Below, in pieces: positions 1 to 17,479 of a DNA stretch of 64,000 bases (its first letter is position 1; each line of letters opens with the position of its first letter). The stretch is from Octopus sinensis (lineage: Eukaryota): NCBI RefSeq assembly GCF_006345805.1, contig NC_043004.1:52948001-53012000 (forward strand), written 5' to 3'. Both the position numbers and the translations under genes were made by a program. The notes beneath the pieces are model-generated. The model was not told the DNA's origin. It saw only the letters and a program-made list of their open reading frames with translations, and made no database searches.

Positions 1-1074
1 TTTCTCTGTAAATTTGTACTTGATGCGTGTTTACCGGCATCGCGTACCTTGTTTGTTATACAATTTATGATATATTTACGTTCTATGTAAGTCCTAGTTA
101 ATCTTATTTTCACCCAGGTCGAAACTGCATTTCCTAAGTTGTGGAATAGAAAAAATTGAAAGTATGACAAATGAATAAAACCCTGTAACCTCTTTCTGTC
201 TCCAATAATATTCTGTCTAATCAGAAAATTTCCAGAGTCTTTCTGCGCATGAGGTATTTGAACGAAGTCAATAATTCTATACAGTTTGGCGCATCAACGA
301 ACGGAAGTAGTGATAAGCCAGTTTGATTGACCCTAAACGCCTAATTGATTTGGCTCCATTCTTAAGACCACACATAATTTGTGCAACTTCTTTATGTCTT
401 TGGAAATAATTACCATTGATTTTCTACATGATTGGCAATGGCACTGATTTTTACCAAAATATTGCAGATTTCTTTGGAAATTCTGTTTTATTTCTGTCTG
501 TTAGTTTTATCGTGATTTACCAACATTTACCAATATATTATCATACACATACATCTATGTCTCTCTCTCTCTCTCTCTTTCTATCTAAGTCTATTTATCT
601 CTTTTCTTCTCCTCCTCCTCTCCTCGCTTCTTTTTCATTTCTTCTTTTATCCTACTTTTTCTTCTTTTCTCCTCCATTTCTTCTTGTATGTTTTTCTCTA
701 TGAGTGAATTTTATACTTCACTTCCATGTGTCACCCAGTTACTTTGTCTCATATATATACACACATATATATATATATATATATAACATTTCCAACATTC
801 AAGAGAATCATAGTAAACCACCAAGGTCTGGTCGGTGATAACGTGATAACGTTGTCGTGTATTTAAGGCCAAATAGGTACTTGAGTACACTCACTGCACC
901 TATTGTACCGCTGTCTATAGACTCTAGATTCAAACGAATTTCAGGTTCCGTTTTCTTTATATATATATATTTGTTCTGCAAAATTTTTTATGTGAAATCG
1001 TGTGTTGAAACAGATATTGTTGTATTTAGGAATGGTCATTTTGTCAGTTTACCCAATAAATGAAGACACATACA

Positions 1075-2503
<1,429 letters not shown>

Positions 2504-2507
2504 TATA

Positions 2508-3070
<563 letters not shown>

Positions 3071-4993
3071 AAAATGTTTAAACCTGTTTAAGGCTAGTAT
3101 AATGTCGAATAAGTATTCTGCATTTTAAATATTAAATGTCTACTAACTCTTAGGTGAAACTCGTTGAAAATGTATGTGACGTTACAAGTATTTACATGCA
3201 TCTCCTAGTATTAAGTGCGCCGGTCACATGATCATAAGCTGGCGGGTTCATTCTCGAACAACCCAACTTATTTCCCTTTGCTCTTATCTATTCAGCCTAG
3301 TCATATTGTATGTTCCTCGAAGCAATTTTTTTGCTGGGTCTATGAGGGGGTTTAGTTCTGTTATTTGTATCTTTCTTTCAGTCATTTGGAGCGCCACCTT
3401 GGAGGATTTTAAGCCAAGTACTTATTCTATCAAGTTGGGAATCAAGCTTCTTAACACAGCCATATTTCACGTTCATAAAGTGCACATTCGATCCGTTCGA
3501 AATTATATATTTTCTTTAATTAATGCTTTACATTCAACCGATTTCCAACCGATTAATGAGATTTTATTGAGCGTTAAACCATTCAGATAATTTGGCATCG
3601 TTGAAAAGAAATGGAAATATTTAGGATTTTGTGATACGGTCAAATAATATATTTTGCCTTTTGTATCTGATACGCATTCTTGTTTTGTTTATATCAATAT
3701 ATTGTTTTCTTCTAAATCTCTTTCGTTGTACTTTTCCAATATGCACACATACATACGCAAATACAATGTTTACTTGTGTGTACATGTATGTATATGTGCG
3801 TGTGTGTGAGAGAGAAATAGAGTGCGTGGATGGGTGGGGTTATAAAATCTGCTACTAACATCTGATATGCAACTTTAAAATCACGCTGAACTAAGTCAAA
3901 TTTATTAAGCTCGTACTTTTGTCCACTCACTGGTATGTATGTATTTATGTATGTAATATGAAGAAACGTAAGACTAGGTAATTTAATCAATAAACATTTC
4001 AGATGAGTTTAAAAAACAAGTATATATATGACGCATTAAAACATATAAATACATAGATATTTTTTAATAATCTATAAATAAATATGTTAAAAATATATAC
4101 GTACGATAATATATTTATAAACAATTAGATGTAGACATAAATATATTAAAACATACATGTATACGTAAATATATTGAAGAAGGTCTGAAGTAGTGACGAA
4201 AGTGATAATATCGAACTCATATCAATTCCTTTAATAATCCTAACTATAAAACAGTTACTATGCTTGCTAAGTATATCCACACTTTAGCGACTCTGATTAG
4301 AACTGAACTAAGATAAATTTTAATTTATCTTTTATTCTTTGTTATGAATAATTTATTGGAACATATTTAATTCACTTTCTTCCCCCACCCATGCCTCTTA
4401 TCTATAAGCAAACCTAATCTCTGGTACTTGTCATTGTAAACTTCCAAATGTAAAACCTATTATCTTGAAGAAGGAGGATTTGTTAAATAATACGTACTAC
4501 ATCCCCTTTAGTTTTGCCGGCAATTAACATCAACTATCATGACTTGTAATTCCTTCCATCTTTTATTTCGCTTTCAACACTACTTCAGACCTACTTGAAT
4601 ATATTTACGTATGCATGTATGTTTTAATATATCGCGTCTACATCTAAAAAAATTTATTATCTTACATATATTATTAATATAGATTTCAAAAAACTGTCTG
4701 TGTATTTATATATTTAATGTATCATGTGTATAATTGTTCTTTAAATCACGATTATGAAATAGATTACCTGGTCATACGTTTCTTCATATTATATATTTTT
4801 ATCTTTTGTCTCAAGTTCCTCTTGGTCACGTCTAAGGGCAAACCTTAACCGTGTGAGAGAAGTTCTGATTAATCATATTCTTTCTCAAATCATATATATA
4901 TATATGTATATATACATATGTCGATGTACGTTGCATGCACATATATAAATATATATGCGAATGCATACATCCATGAGTGTGTGTGCGCGCGCG

Positions 4994-6218
4994 CGCGTGA
5001 TCTGATCAATAAGTATCCGGACTCTTGCCATAGTAACGAAGCTAAAGCATGGAGAAAAAAGCTGCTTGGCACAGATGTTCTCGCTCACTTCCGCTGTTTA
5101 CAGCAGTGCTTGAAAGGAACGTGTGTAGCGTGCGATTGTCGCATTGAGAATGACAGAGAAAGTTGAGCAGAGAATCTGCATCAAAGTTTGCCAAAAGCTT
5201 GGCAATACCTACTCAGAGGCCTACGCAAATTTGCAGAAAGTGTATGGAGAGGAGCGTATGAGCCGCATGCAAGTATACGAGTGATTCGAACGTTTCTAAG
5301 ATGGCCTAAAAAATGTCGTTAGTGACCAACTCTCTGGGAGACACGAGACCAGCAGAACTGAGAAAATCATCGCAAAGTACGGGCAGTTGTGAGGGGAAAT
5401 CGTCGAATCACCATCCGTAACTAATCTGTACAAAGGATGTGCAGATTAGTTAGGTTTAATTCAGTCCATCATCAAATTTGAGTATGAGACGCGTGTCTGC
5501 CAAGTTTCTGCCAAAACTGCTTTCAGCTGATGAGAAAAAACTCGGGTTTCAGCTGTACAAGTTTTCTTTGATTGTGTAACGAACAATGAAAACTTTTTGA
5601 AAACGGTCATGACGGGTGATGTTCGTGGGTCTATGGCTTTATCCCCGAAAAAAGGCTCAGTTTTTGCAGTGGAAGACCCTAACCATTCATGAGAGGAAGC
5701 AATGTGAAGGCACTGTTGACCGTTTTCTTCGACTACAAGGGGATTGTTCATTATCAGTATGGTCCACGTCCAAACAAGGATACTATCATAATGCTTTGCG
5801 GCGTTTACGGCATGCTATTCATCGGAAAAGTCCATAGTTGCATGCATCTGACAACGTACCTGCGCATTCCACGTAGCTTGTGCAGCAGACTTTAGCTAGG
5901 AAGGGCATTCGCGAGATCTGACAGCTACTGTTTTCCGCAGATCTTGCTCCTTGCGACTTTTTCCTCTTTCCAAATTTTAAATCGCGCTTGAAAGGAAGAT
6001 TTCAGAACGTCTTGGAAATCGAGGTGAATACGATGAGGCAGCTGCTGATTATCCCAGAAAACGTGCTCCAGGAATGCTTCCGTCAAAGGAAACAACGCTG
6101 GATCAGGCGTGTATCTTCTGAAGGCGACTAATTTGAAGGTGATTAAATGCCAATTTAGTACGAATTGTAGTTTTGTTTTTATAGCACCAGTCCGGATACT
6201 TATTGATCAGACTTCGTA
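4994..6218 (+). mobile_element. Defective mariner (DD34D-type) transposon, ~1.2 kb
   Basis: Perfect 23-bp TIR TCTGATCAATAAGTATCCGGACT (5001-5023) and its complement (6189-6211). Broken transposase pieces on +: MTEKVEQRICIKVCQKLG, VMTGD, DNVPAH, DLAPCDFFLFP..KSRLKG. Confidence 0.9.
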
Positions 6219-6909
6219 TATTATTGAGACAGGAAAAGAAAGGAAGAGAGAATTAAAGAAAGAACGAAATAGACAAAGAGACAAAGATCATGTTACACCT
6301 CGTTTCCTAGATGTGTAATACTCATGAAACACTTAAATCTGTCAGTATTTTGCACCTTGGGCAAATAGGCACTTCTTAAAAATGGTACCGAGGCTTTTTT
6401 CCGTTTCGAAACTCCGTACTACTTATCTTGGCTATAGAGTTTTTTCCAACCTGTGTATCCCTCTTACCATATAACGTTATGTCACGTCACTTGTACAAAG
6501 TTCTATCATTGTAATTACTTTTAGCCCTGCAGATCATGCCCAGACAATCCGGACACAAAAGAAATTACAGTTTTCATATGATAGATTTTATAACATTACC
6601 ATTCATAACTTCCGTTTGAAGTGCAACTTTTTCCTGAATCCTGTGATTACAGCTGATTCCCATTGAGTCAAGGATACAGGAAGGTGGTAAATAATTATAT
6701 ACCTATCTATATTCTACCGATGAAATAGGATATTTTTTGTGCCCGTAGATTGCTATTATTGTCTAATTTTTGATTAACTAGTTTTTACATGAACCGTTTT
6801 CTAGAACGATTCCCTTTTTTACTGAGAAAATTATTTCTTAATGAAAGTATGATTTGGAATATTGATAAATGTCCTTAATTAGTGTCAATAGCAGAGATAA
6901 GTGTACGGT

Positions 6910-7380
6910 GGGGAGTTGGTAGAATCTTTAGCCGGGTAAAAAGCTTAGCGGTATTTCGTCTGCCGCTACGTTCTGAGTTCAAATTCCGCCGAGGTTGACT
7001 TTGACTTTCATCCATTCAGGGTCGATTAAATAAGCACCAGTTACGCACTGGGGTCGCTGTAATCGACTTAATCCCTTTGTCTGTCCTTGTTTGTCCCCTC
7101 TATGTTTAGCCCCTTGTGGGTAGTAAAGAAATTGGTATTTCGTCTATCCTTACGTTTTGAGTTCAAATCCCCCGAGGTCGTTTTGACTTTTCTCATTTCA
7201 TGGTCAGTAAAATAGTACCACTGGGACACTGGGATCAATATAATGGACTTACACCTACAATTACTTTGTATTTCATAATTTCGAGAGTCGATAAAGTAAG
7301 TACCAGTAAAATACCAGGGTCATTGTACACAACTTAACCTTCCCCTGAAATTGCTAGCCTTATGCTAAAATTAAAGATAA
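6910..7380 (+). mobile_element. tRNA-derived SINE family 2 copy (6910-7135) followed by degenerate tandem partial copies
   Basis: B-box-like GAGTTCAAATTCC; body matches copies at 50241-50459, 50565-50735 and 62411-62630. Confidence 0.8.
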
Positions 7381-9221
7381 GTAGTGATTTATTACAGTCG
7401 CAAGACTTTCATGTTTTCAGTAAGGTCTCTGGTTTTCTTTACGTTATACGTTGTGATATTTGTCATGGGTTTATATTATCAACTTCATTATCACACAGAA
7501 ATATTTCAACCAGAAAATTTCGGCTTTGCGAAATACGAGTAAAGCTCAAGTGATGTACAGTATCTATTACGATTTGCGCTGCGATTTTTTTCCGAGAAAA
7601 AACACCGAGAAAGCGCGAATTATCCACACTTCCCGTTTACCATTACACTGTTCCATGTTCTATCAGGTTTTCTGTTCAGTTCCCGTATTATACCCAACCC
7701 GTCGTTTATGGTAATAGTTTATTGCTATTACAGACTATTCGAAATTAAATAGATAGATTTACAAATACATTGAGAAATATTCCACGTATTGTAGCTGGCG
7801 TTGTTGCGTGTCGTAGCTTATCGTAGATGATTTTTAAACGTGTTACATCCCACCGCTCCAGGGTGCCCATTATAGATTTTTACTGAGATTCAATTCGCCT
7901 ATACTTCAACTGGATGTTAGAAACAAATGATTAACAAAAGCCAATGTAACGTGGAAAATTATTTCAATAAACAAAATTTGTAATTTTTAACATAATTTTA
8001 AAATCTCGCAATATGAAACAGTAACAGGGAAGACCCCACGAAATATACACAAAATATAGAATCAGACAGCTATAGGACGTCACACACACACACACAAATT
8101 CAGAAGCGTACACTCAAGTAATCACGAGTTTAAAATGGTTATAGTAGACATATGCATGTTTGTACTAATGTACATTTATGTATGCATGTGCGTCTGTGTG
8201 GGAGTGGTTCTTTGCGACGGACAGCAGAAAAGCCACCTACTTCCTGTCTCCTTAAAGCTACGTACTCCTCAAACACACCTTTGTGTGTGTATGCGTATTT
8301 GTGTCCGTGTGTGCGTGAGTGTGTGTGTGGGGGTTTCTTTGTTTCTATGTTGTATCTATGAATTTACAAAAGTATTATGCAACGTCACGTGTATATGGCA
8401 GCTCTATTAATGTCAACATCCCATTGCCACCACTTCTCTGCACATCACTGATATGAGTCACCCTCACTCTGCTATTACCTATTCCTCTAATACGTTTTGA
8501 ACCTCCTCATTTTTTCATATGATTAGTTCTACGCTCGTGGATATACAGTAAAGATTTATATAGACTTCCAATTAACCTATTATTGGGCTGGGTATGTATT
8601 AGTGTAACATATATGCAAAATTTCATGAATATTGGTTCGCTGGTTTAGGCACTAAGATGGCAACAGACAGACAGAAATTGCCACTTATATATATCGTATT
8701 TTGGTTAATTTTCTTTTGTTGTACTACTTTCGTGTTTTCATTTTAAGTTATTTATTTGCGGCACGAATTACTTTGAATCTCCAGTTTCTCTTTTATTTGA
8801 TGTCGATGTTCAGTTTGTTTCTACTTATGTTTTCTTTTTCATCAATAATTTAACGACCGATGAATTATTCATAGGTGAAACTTCCCATTTAACAAGTCTA
8901 GATGCCAGTATGCCTACAATATGTTTGTTTCTCTTAAAACAGATATATCATATAGAACGAAAAGAAAATTAAATATAATCAAGAACTACGAAGAAAAAAT
9001 ATATAACAGCAACAAATATAAAGTGTGAATAACAAGAACAACAACATCGACAACAACAGCAAAAACAACAACAACAAAAACAATAGCAATAATAAAGAAG
9101 AAGAAGAATTATTTACTGGGGGCCCAAGTGACAACAATGCAAACAATATAATACATCACCATATGCTACCAATACTTAAGCAGACATAGGTGGATTATAA
9201 AGAGTGTTTGGATATATATAT

Positions 9222-9264
<43 letters not shown>

Positions 9265-9394
9265 ATGTGTGTGTGTATACAGATGTGTGTTTGTGTATAC
9301 AGATGTGTGTTTTTGTGTGTGTGTGTATAAAATTTAACTATATATGCGTATATATATATATGTGTGTATATATTTACAATTCAAAAATAGGATA

Positions 9395-9545
9395 AAATCT
9401 TCATAAGAATTTATCAAGTAGAGCGTGAAAAATCCCATAAGAGAAAAAAACTATCAAATTTTTTCCCCTTAAGTCTATTTCTTTATATTATATAGAGGGC
9501 ATTATTATACATAAATGCCATACGCTAGGAGGGACTCTTAAAGTC
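9395..9545. repeat. Diverged dispersed copy of the 1.2-2.5 kb unit family
   Basis: Shares GCGTGAAAA..CATAA and TATAGAGGGCATTATTAyACATAAATGCC with 1186-1215 and 1505-1530. Confidence 0.65.
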
Positions 9546-10370
9546 AAAACTCGGATCGACAGGAGGAGGTTGAGGGTTGAGAAAGTCGAGAGTACGTTTA
9601 GTCTGTGTTGATAGCCGTGCCAGTGCTGATATAGTAATCATGCAGTGATCCTGAGTGGACGTTATAAGGCTCCAATCTTTTGAGGAGAATAACACTATAC
9701 GACTGAGAGTTGTACAGTGCCAGACAGAAACTTTCTATCAACGTCGGAATATAATAATATTTATCAGACCAACAACCGTCTTCAAAAAACAGATTCAACA
9801 GAGCAAAAGACCGCGTTAAAACATTTTTCTGGAGTATATAAAGGATCTCAGCATCACAATCATCATGCACTCAAATATTATACCCGTATAATAAAAAAAA
9901 AAAAAAAAAAAATAATTAATATTTAACAAACCGGTTGCTGGATCTTTGCATAATTCGCAGTTTATATAATTTAGAATGAGGTTCAATCAAAGCATTTCTG
10001 CATAGTTTAGTATTTCGCTCTGAAGTTTGAAATGCGTGATGTTAAATAGAGTTTTTTTTTATTTACAGTTCATGTCTTTATTTATTCATTTACATTTACA
10101 TTTTTCTGTCTCTGTATTTTTAGTCTTGATGCTTTATCTTCCTGAACAGCAACCCTACTGATTCAAATCTTCACTTCGTTCGGGGTGATACATTTGTCAA
10201 TAAGGGCAAGCGTCGCTCTAAAATATTTGTAACAGAGAGATGTTTGATTCTGTATTTAAAATGACAAAATATTCAATAGATACAGGTGTATATTTTTGTA
10301 GCAGTTTGCATGTTCCATATTACACACACACACACACAGATTTACATGTACAAATATATGTGTGTGTATA

Positions 10371-10434
<64 letters not shown>

Positions 10435-10746
10435 ATTTATCGCTTGCATGTGTGCTTCCTTCTCCCTTTCATTATCATAATCAACATCAATAGCACCATC
10501 GCAAATAAAAACGTCATCATCATCATCATAAACGACTGCAGAAACTACTTCATCGTCATTAATTTTAATTTCATTTGATGGTTTCCTATTCTGTCAAAGC
10601 TAACATATAATTCGTTTTATAGTTCAAGAAGTTTTAATGTCTCCCATATTCTCTCTTAATTTTAAATCAGCTCTCTCTCCGTCTCTTTCTCTGTCTCTCC
10701 ACCACTTTCATTCCATCTCCCCCCCCTCAGATGGGAGGTATATCGC

Positions 10747-10783
<37 letters not shown>

Positions 10784-11545
10784 AATATACATATATATCT
10801 CTAACACACTCTCTATCTCTCAGTCTTTCTTTATTCCTATATACACACACGCACACACACATATATATGTATATGACTATATAGATATAACTATATATAT
10901 GTGTGTGTGTGTATGTATATATGCATATATGTATATATATATGCATTAATATGTGTGTATACATATATACATATATATTTACATGTATATATATATGCAT
11001 TAATATGTATATATATATATATATATATATCTTTGTGTATATTTACGTGAGTGTGTGTATATATGTATATACACACACATAAACGTTATACTTTATTGCC
11101 AATTACATGTCAATGTTTTCTGGCGTTGTAACAACATAGCCTGAAGGTAAATGCTTCTAATAAAATATAATTACCAAGTAAACATTTACCTGTAATCATT
11201 AAACACTTATATAGTTGGGGGATCTTTGAAGTTTCGGCAATTTTATTTGAACTAATTTCCCTTTATAAATGTATTTAATAATTTACAAATGTAGTTGATT
11301 AATTAAATTCAATTTGCTAATTGATTAGGTCAAATCATGTTTTATCTCTTCCAGTAATTTTACATCTTGCAGTATTTGCATGTATTTATCTACACGTACA
11401 CTTCATATATGTTCACTTAGTTTAGAAGTATTTAACTTTCAGTATCTTGTATTTATTATACGCTAGCATTTTCGCTAAGATGTCAGAATTATAATCACTC
11501 ACTTTCTGTCTGTCTGTCCGTCTGTTTCTGTCTCTGTTGCTGTCT

Positions 11546-11585
<40 letters not shown>

Positions 11586-11640
11586 GTAAAAATATACATA
11601 CACACATACATATATACATACATTCATACATACATACATC

Positions 11641-11842
11641 CGAGAGGTGCTGAAAAGTTCCTGGCTTTAAGGTTCCCACGAAAAGCCTGTTTGGAGGCTC
11701 AAAGTTCCGAGTTCTTTTACAGGTTTTAGAAAACATAAAGACTCACTTCATCTGAGAGGATAATATTATGGACAAAATCGCATTTGACGGATCCTCCTGT
11801 ATTTTCTTTCACCCGAGGTCAGGAAATTTTCAGTACGCCTCT
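11641..11842. mobile_element. Mariner-derived MITE (~200 bp)
   Basis: Imperfect TIRs GAGAGGTGCTGAAAAGTTCCTG / CAGGAAATTTTCAGTACGCCTCT; homologous copy at 39816-40035. Confidence 0.8.
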
Positions 11843-12379
11843 TAGCTATATGTATCCGTTTAATTTAACTTGGGTTAAATCTTCGTAAAGCGCTCTTAAA
11901 ATCTCTTAAGATTTTTCTCGGCTACCACATATAAATTCCATCTCCCGTAGTGATCCAGTTGTGTGAGTATAAATTGGAAGTCGTTTCAGCTTTGGATAAA
12001 TCTAATAATCTCAATAATATCACGAGGACTGAATTTCGTAGGCCTCATCAATTAATCGCTAGATTTTTCTTCTACGCAGCATATCATCATTAAGTTACAA
12101 TTTTCATTTTCATATAATTTTAATTAAGATTACACACAATAATTATATATTTGAATATATCTACTGCGGATGCTTCCTCGGTCAACACATAATGATTTGC
12201 CAGATATTCTGATCATAAGGACATACACTATTTTACACCAATCAAATATTTTCATTCCATTGGGGGTTAAGTTCCATCATTGTACATGGTGTGAAATGTA
12301 TTTGAGGACATACATTTTCTGGGTCATTGCTGCATTTTTTTCTAACTTTGTATAATCTTTGTTTCAGAAAATAATTGTG

Positions 12380-13199
12380 TCAGACTTTCAGCTTACTCAA
12401 GAAATAAAGAGGCATGCTGTTATTCGGCTTATAAAGATTGAGCAGAGCGATTTAGAAATATCTTCTATTTTAAAAGTTGCCATATCTTTCGACTACAAAG
12501 TTTGTAGGGAGCTAGAGAAAATCCATGAGGTCAATTGCAAAAGATCCTCATGTTTCAGAAGGAACAGTCAGTAATGATGTCAACGAAGACATGAGATATA
12601 CATCTTCATCTTATATGATGAGGAAAGGCGGTCACATTGTCTGAAAATCCAAAGGAAAATCCCTACATCAGATCTAAAAGGCTCTTAAACAAACCGAAAA
12701 CTCCAGAAGATTTGATTTTTTTTTCAAACGCGAAAAACGTCCACCAAGATCAAAAAGTAAACAGAAGAAACGACAGATGGTTATGTGCAGACCCTTCTGA
12801 AGTTCCAAGTGTTATGCATATAAAATTTCCTGCAACTGCCATGGTTTTAGGGGTTTCCAGCAATGAAGGACCTGTTATGCTTCCTTACTTCTTTCCAGTT
12901 AGAGTTAGCTTTGCCACCTACATTGTCCTGGAAATAATTGTTAACCTTAGATAGACAGTGTATGCAGTGGAAGACCATATGTGCTTCAGTAAGACTCTGC
13001 ACTATCACACATGGTTCTAGTAACATAGGAATGGATGGTTGAAAATTTTCATGATCACATAACCACTAACATTTTTTGCATCCTAATTCACCAGATGTCA
13101 ATCCATTGGACTATTACATGTGAAGCGTTGCTGAGGTCAATGAACACGCCCATAAAACCATAGATGCAATAGTCAAAGTAATGCCCGAAATGAACCAGG
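12380..13199 (+). mobile_element. Defective Tc1/mariner maT (DD37D)-like transposase remnant
   Basis: Translation IFFSNAKNVHQDQKVNRRNDRW...KFPATAMVLGVSSNEGPVM; downstream DSALSH and PNSPDVNPLDYY motifs; ends at the N gap. Confidence 0.75.
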
Positions 13200-13299
13200 N
13201 NNNNNNNNNNNNNNNNNNNNNNNNNNNNNNNNNNNNNNNNNNNNNNNNNNNNNNNNNNNNNNNNNNNNNNNNNNNNNNNNNNNNNNNNNNNNNNNNNNN
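13200..13299. other. Assembly gap (100 N)
   Basis: Run of 100 N; flanks are unrelated elements. Confidence 1.
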
Positions 13300-14130
13300 C
13301 CTCACTAAAGCAACCATACTCTCTTCCTTCAGGGGAACCGCTCACAGCCTCTAACAATATCAGAGACCTGGGTGTAATTGTTGATGACGATCTCAGTTGG
13401 AGCGCACACATCAATAAGAAGGTCGATACAGCTCGTAGGATGAGTTCCTGGATCTTAAGAACTTTCCGGTCCAGAGAACAAGGTGTCATCATACCACTTT
13501 TTTCATCCTTTGTACGGCCACACCTTGAATACTGCTGCCCATTGGTCTCCCACACAAGACAAAACATCTCCAGAATTGAGTCACCCCAGAGGGCTCTCAC
13601 TAAACAAATTGAAGGCAGGCTGCTCTCGACTATGGGATCGCCTTAAAGCCTTGAAACTTTACTCCCTCCAGCGTCGCCGTGAGCGGTACATCATTTGTAC
13701 GATGTGGAAAATATACCGCCAACTTTGCCCAAACGACCTAAACATTAGCTTCAAGGTTCATCCGAGACTTGGACCACGGGCTATACGTCCCCTGCCAAAT
13801 TCAAGATCACAACATACATGTACACTGCAACATAATTTCTTTTCCTCAACACAGGCCTGCCCTATTTAACATTGTCCGAGGGAGATCAAAGAGGAAAAGG
13901 ATCCCATCAACTTCAAACAGAGTCTGGATAGATTCCTTCAAAGAATACCAGACAAGCACCCATAATTGGATACAACTCACCCAACAAGAACTCACTACTT
14001 GAACAAAACTGGATACAACTCACCCAACAAGAACTCACTACTTGAACAAAACTTGACTTAAACAGGATTCGAATAATCCTATCAGGTGGTGCTATTAAGT
14101 TAGACATGGCCTGGACCAATCTCTGGTCGA
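13300..14130 (+). mobile_element. 3' part of a CR1/L2-type LINE (RT thumb and C-terminus), frameshifted
   Basis: RDLGVIVDDDLSWSAHI, FVRPHLEYC, DRLKALKLYSLQRRRERY motifs; 43-bp tandem duplication at 13968-14053 in the 3' region. Confidence 0.85.
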
Positions 14131-15274
14131 AACATATCTAAGTTTTATCTAAGTTTTATATGTTGTGATACCTCGCAGTACGCGTTTAATTCGTTCCATG
14201 ACCGAGCTTGTTTTACTCTTTATTCGTTTTACAAATCAATTTTTCACTGAAATAAACCAAAATATAATTAATCCGTTCCAGTCCCCGCAAACCACCCAAA
14301 AATAATTTTTCATGCGTTTTAACACAGAAAATGTGTAGTTAAATGTAAAATAACAATAATAAAAAAGAGAATGCGAAAGAAGTACGTAAACTGATTTTAT
14401 TAATTTAATTACCTGAAAGATGGGATGATTTGTGCAAAGAAGATGATCGAGTGGGGAGGTGGATCACAGCTTGGAAGAATATTATCATTCCATTAAGAAT
14501 TCAGGAAGAACAATTTCTAGCGTTTTTGTCTCCGCTTAATTTTGCGCTTTTTCCTTCATTTTTCACACCTGCAGGTCGTTTCATTTGAAACATATTAAGT
14601 GAAGTCCTTTCAAAATGTTATAAAAATGTGCCAGAGCAGTGTCATTAAATTTAGCAGCTACAAATAGTTGCACACTTCTGGAGAAAAAAAAAACAAGAAT
14701 CAAGGATTCTGAATCGTCCTTCATGTTAATAATTTTTTCTACTTCCATGGTAAGTCCTATTCAGCAAAAATAAAGAAGTGAAGCCATATGTTCGATGAAG
14801 ATTTGTGATATGAGTTATTTATCCTTGAGAACTTCATGGGATAATTGGCAACTCCACACTTGAGTATTGTACAAGGGCAATGTCATGGGAATGTAGAGCA
14901 ATGCCAATTGCTCCACCACCAACAACATAAGATATTATGATTCTATCACAAACATTCAGACAAATCGTTATAAATAATTTAACCAGATGTGTACATGAAC
15001 ATTCGAAAAATAAATACTATTGTTACATGAGCATTGTAAATTGGATATAACTTCTATTAGTGAAGTTAATCAACAGAACTCATCTCGTAATAAGGAAGCA
15101 ATAAAGGAAAGTGAATCTATTACAAGTTAGCGTCTATGGAGGACAGCAGTGCCCGTCAATAGAGGTGTAGCTATTGTTATAAGGAAAAGCACATATTAGA
15201 ATGAATAAGTACAGGAAAAATATTCAAGACAATATGTAAGACATAGCTTCTGGACGAAGTTATATATTCTTTTC

Positions 15275-15476
15275 TTCTCTTAGTCTTTTACTTCTTTCTG
15301 TCATTTGACTTCGGCCATGCTGGAAGACTGCCCTGGACGATTTTAGTCGAAGCTTAGTACTTATTCTATCGAACTCCTTTATGGAACCGTTAGTTAGGGA
15401 GACATAAACACGCCAATACCGATGATCAGGCAGTGATGGAGGGACAAGTGCAGACCCAAACACACTCACAAACACA

Positions 15477-15516
<40 letters not shown>

Positions 15517-15715
15517 ACACGCACACACACACACACACGCACACACACACACAAGCACACACGACGGGTTCTTACAGATTATGTCTACTAATTCCACCCA
15601 GAAAACTTTGGTAGGCCCGAGGCTCCAGTAGAAGATACTTGATCAAGACAAGACGCAGTGGGACTGAACCAGAATCGATGTGGTTGGGAAGCAAGCTTCT
15701 TAACACACATTCGTA
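15275..15715 (-). mobile_element. Old SINE family 1 copy
   Basis: Degenerate match to 39213-39600 (GTCATTTGACT..GGCCATGCTGGA, GGGACTGAACC, GTGGTTGGGAAGCAAGCTTCTTAAC). Confidence 0.7.
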
Positions 15716-15847
15716 TATATAAACAACTGTAACATTCATTAGATAATCATAATAAATGTCAAAAATACTACTATTAAACAATAATATCGTCATATGAATA
15801 TATATACACACACACACACACACAATATACATATATATGTGTGTGTA

Positions 15848-15890
<43 letters not shown>

Positions 15891-17235
15891 ATATATATAC
15901 ATACATATCTCCTGGTTCTGGGGAATAATATGTGTGATGTATATCGTATAAACTGGGTGATATATTCTGCAGCACATTTTAATATCCTGGCTCTGGAAGA
16001 TATTATATATTATATTGGGAATTTATCTCTAACAACCCGTCTGTGCAATTCTAGAGATTAATAGATATTTAAGATAACATATCTCCGGTCTTTATCTCTC
16101 TCTCTCTCTCCTCTCTCGTTCTCTCTCTCCCTCTCTGTTTCTCTGTTTTTCTGCCTCTCCTTTACAGTTCTTTATTTCGTTTAGTATATCTTCCATTCTC
16201 TATGCTCCTCAGTTTTCTTTTCCATTCTTTTTCTTTCCCTACTTGTTTCATCTTTCGGTTCCCTTTCTTTATAGCTGGTTATGTTACTGAATTTTTAGTT
16301 TCCCTCCTATTTTAGCATTCTTCCTTGCTTTTCCCTTTAATGTTCCCCTAATCTTCTATCTCCTTTTCTTCCCCTCTGTCATTACATCTAAACAACTTTA
16401 TTTGTTTCTTTTATATTTTTACTCCATTTTTACTTTAAATTTCTTTCTTACCTACACACCTCGTTATACTCGGTCTTCCCCACCTCATTCACTCATGATA
16501 TCTCACTGTACTTCTGCAGTCTCCTTAATATATCTCCGTTTTTCTATCTCTCCTCTCTCTATATCTCTATAGATATATGCATTAATCTATATTTAATACT
16601 TTTAAATAACCTTTCTCTTCCCTGTAACTCATTATATCCACCTGATACTCTAACATCCTTACTCTCTTTCTCTTCTTACCCTTCTCTGTTCCATACTCAT
16701 TCTTCTACTCTTTCTGTAATCACTATTGCACAAAGAGACAGTTTTATGACTTTTTATTCCCAACCATTAATAACGAAGAATTACAGCAAATATTCGCCAA
16801 ATGGTTGATTGAAATGGTTCTAGTGAGAGGTGTTGTCCTGTAAATTAGCAAGGATTTTATTAAATAAGAATTTGGGTGTAGATTTATACGAATTTCGCCA
16901 TTCCTTCCTGGAATAGCGCGAACACGGTGAATATCCGACAAACGACCATTAATTTCTTAATTAAACCATTGCAGGTTTCATCTTTTACTATCAACCACAT
17001 CAAGCAGATAAATGTATCACATAAATTCTTGGTTATGGTTATTAAATAGGATTGGTTTTTACAAGGAATGATCCCAGTTCTATCACATTCTATCATATAC
17101 CTTGTAAATACATCTGAGTACACACATAAAGTGATACTTTCAAATGCATACAGACCTGTAGCCAAACGCACAAGCACATGTATTATAAATAGTATTGTTG
17201 TAATATATATATATATATATATATAATATATATAT

Positions 17236-17274
<39 letters not shown>

Positions 17275-17332
17275 GTGTATACATACATATATATATATAT
17301 ATATATGCTTGTGTGAATGTGTATGTGAAAAG

Positions 17333-17369
<37 letters not shown>

Positions 17370-17479
17370 AACACAAAATATATTTGCAGGTAATCCCATA
17401 AGCTAACTCTAATAATGTACTAGAAAATACTTGAATTCATAATCCCCTCATCAAATACGAAACAAAAACATGTAAATAG

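Noticed and set aside
13088-13600. 170-aa minus ORF
   Set aside because: Spans the N gap and is antisense to LINE and transposase remnants.
16744-17177. Non-repetitive minus-strand ORFs (65 and 97 aa) as a host exon
   Set aside because: No recognisable domain or supportable splice structure; a tBLASTx/RNA-seq check would be needed.
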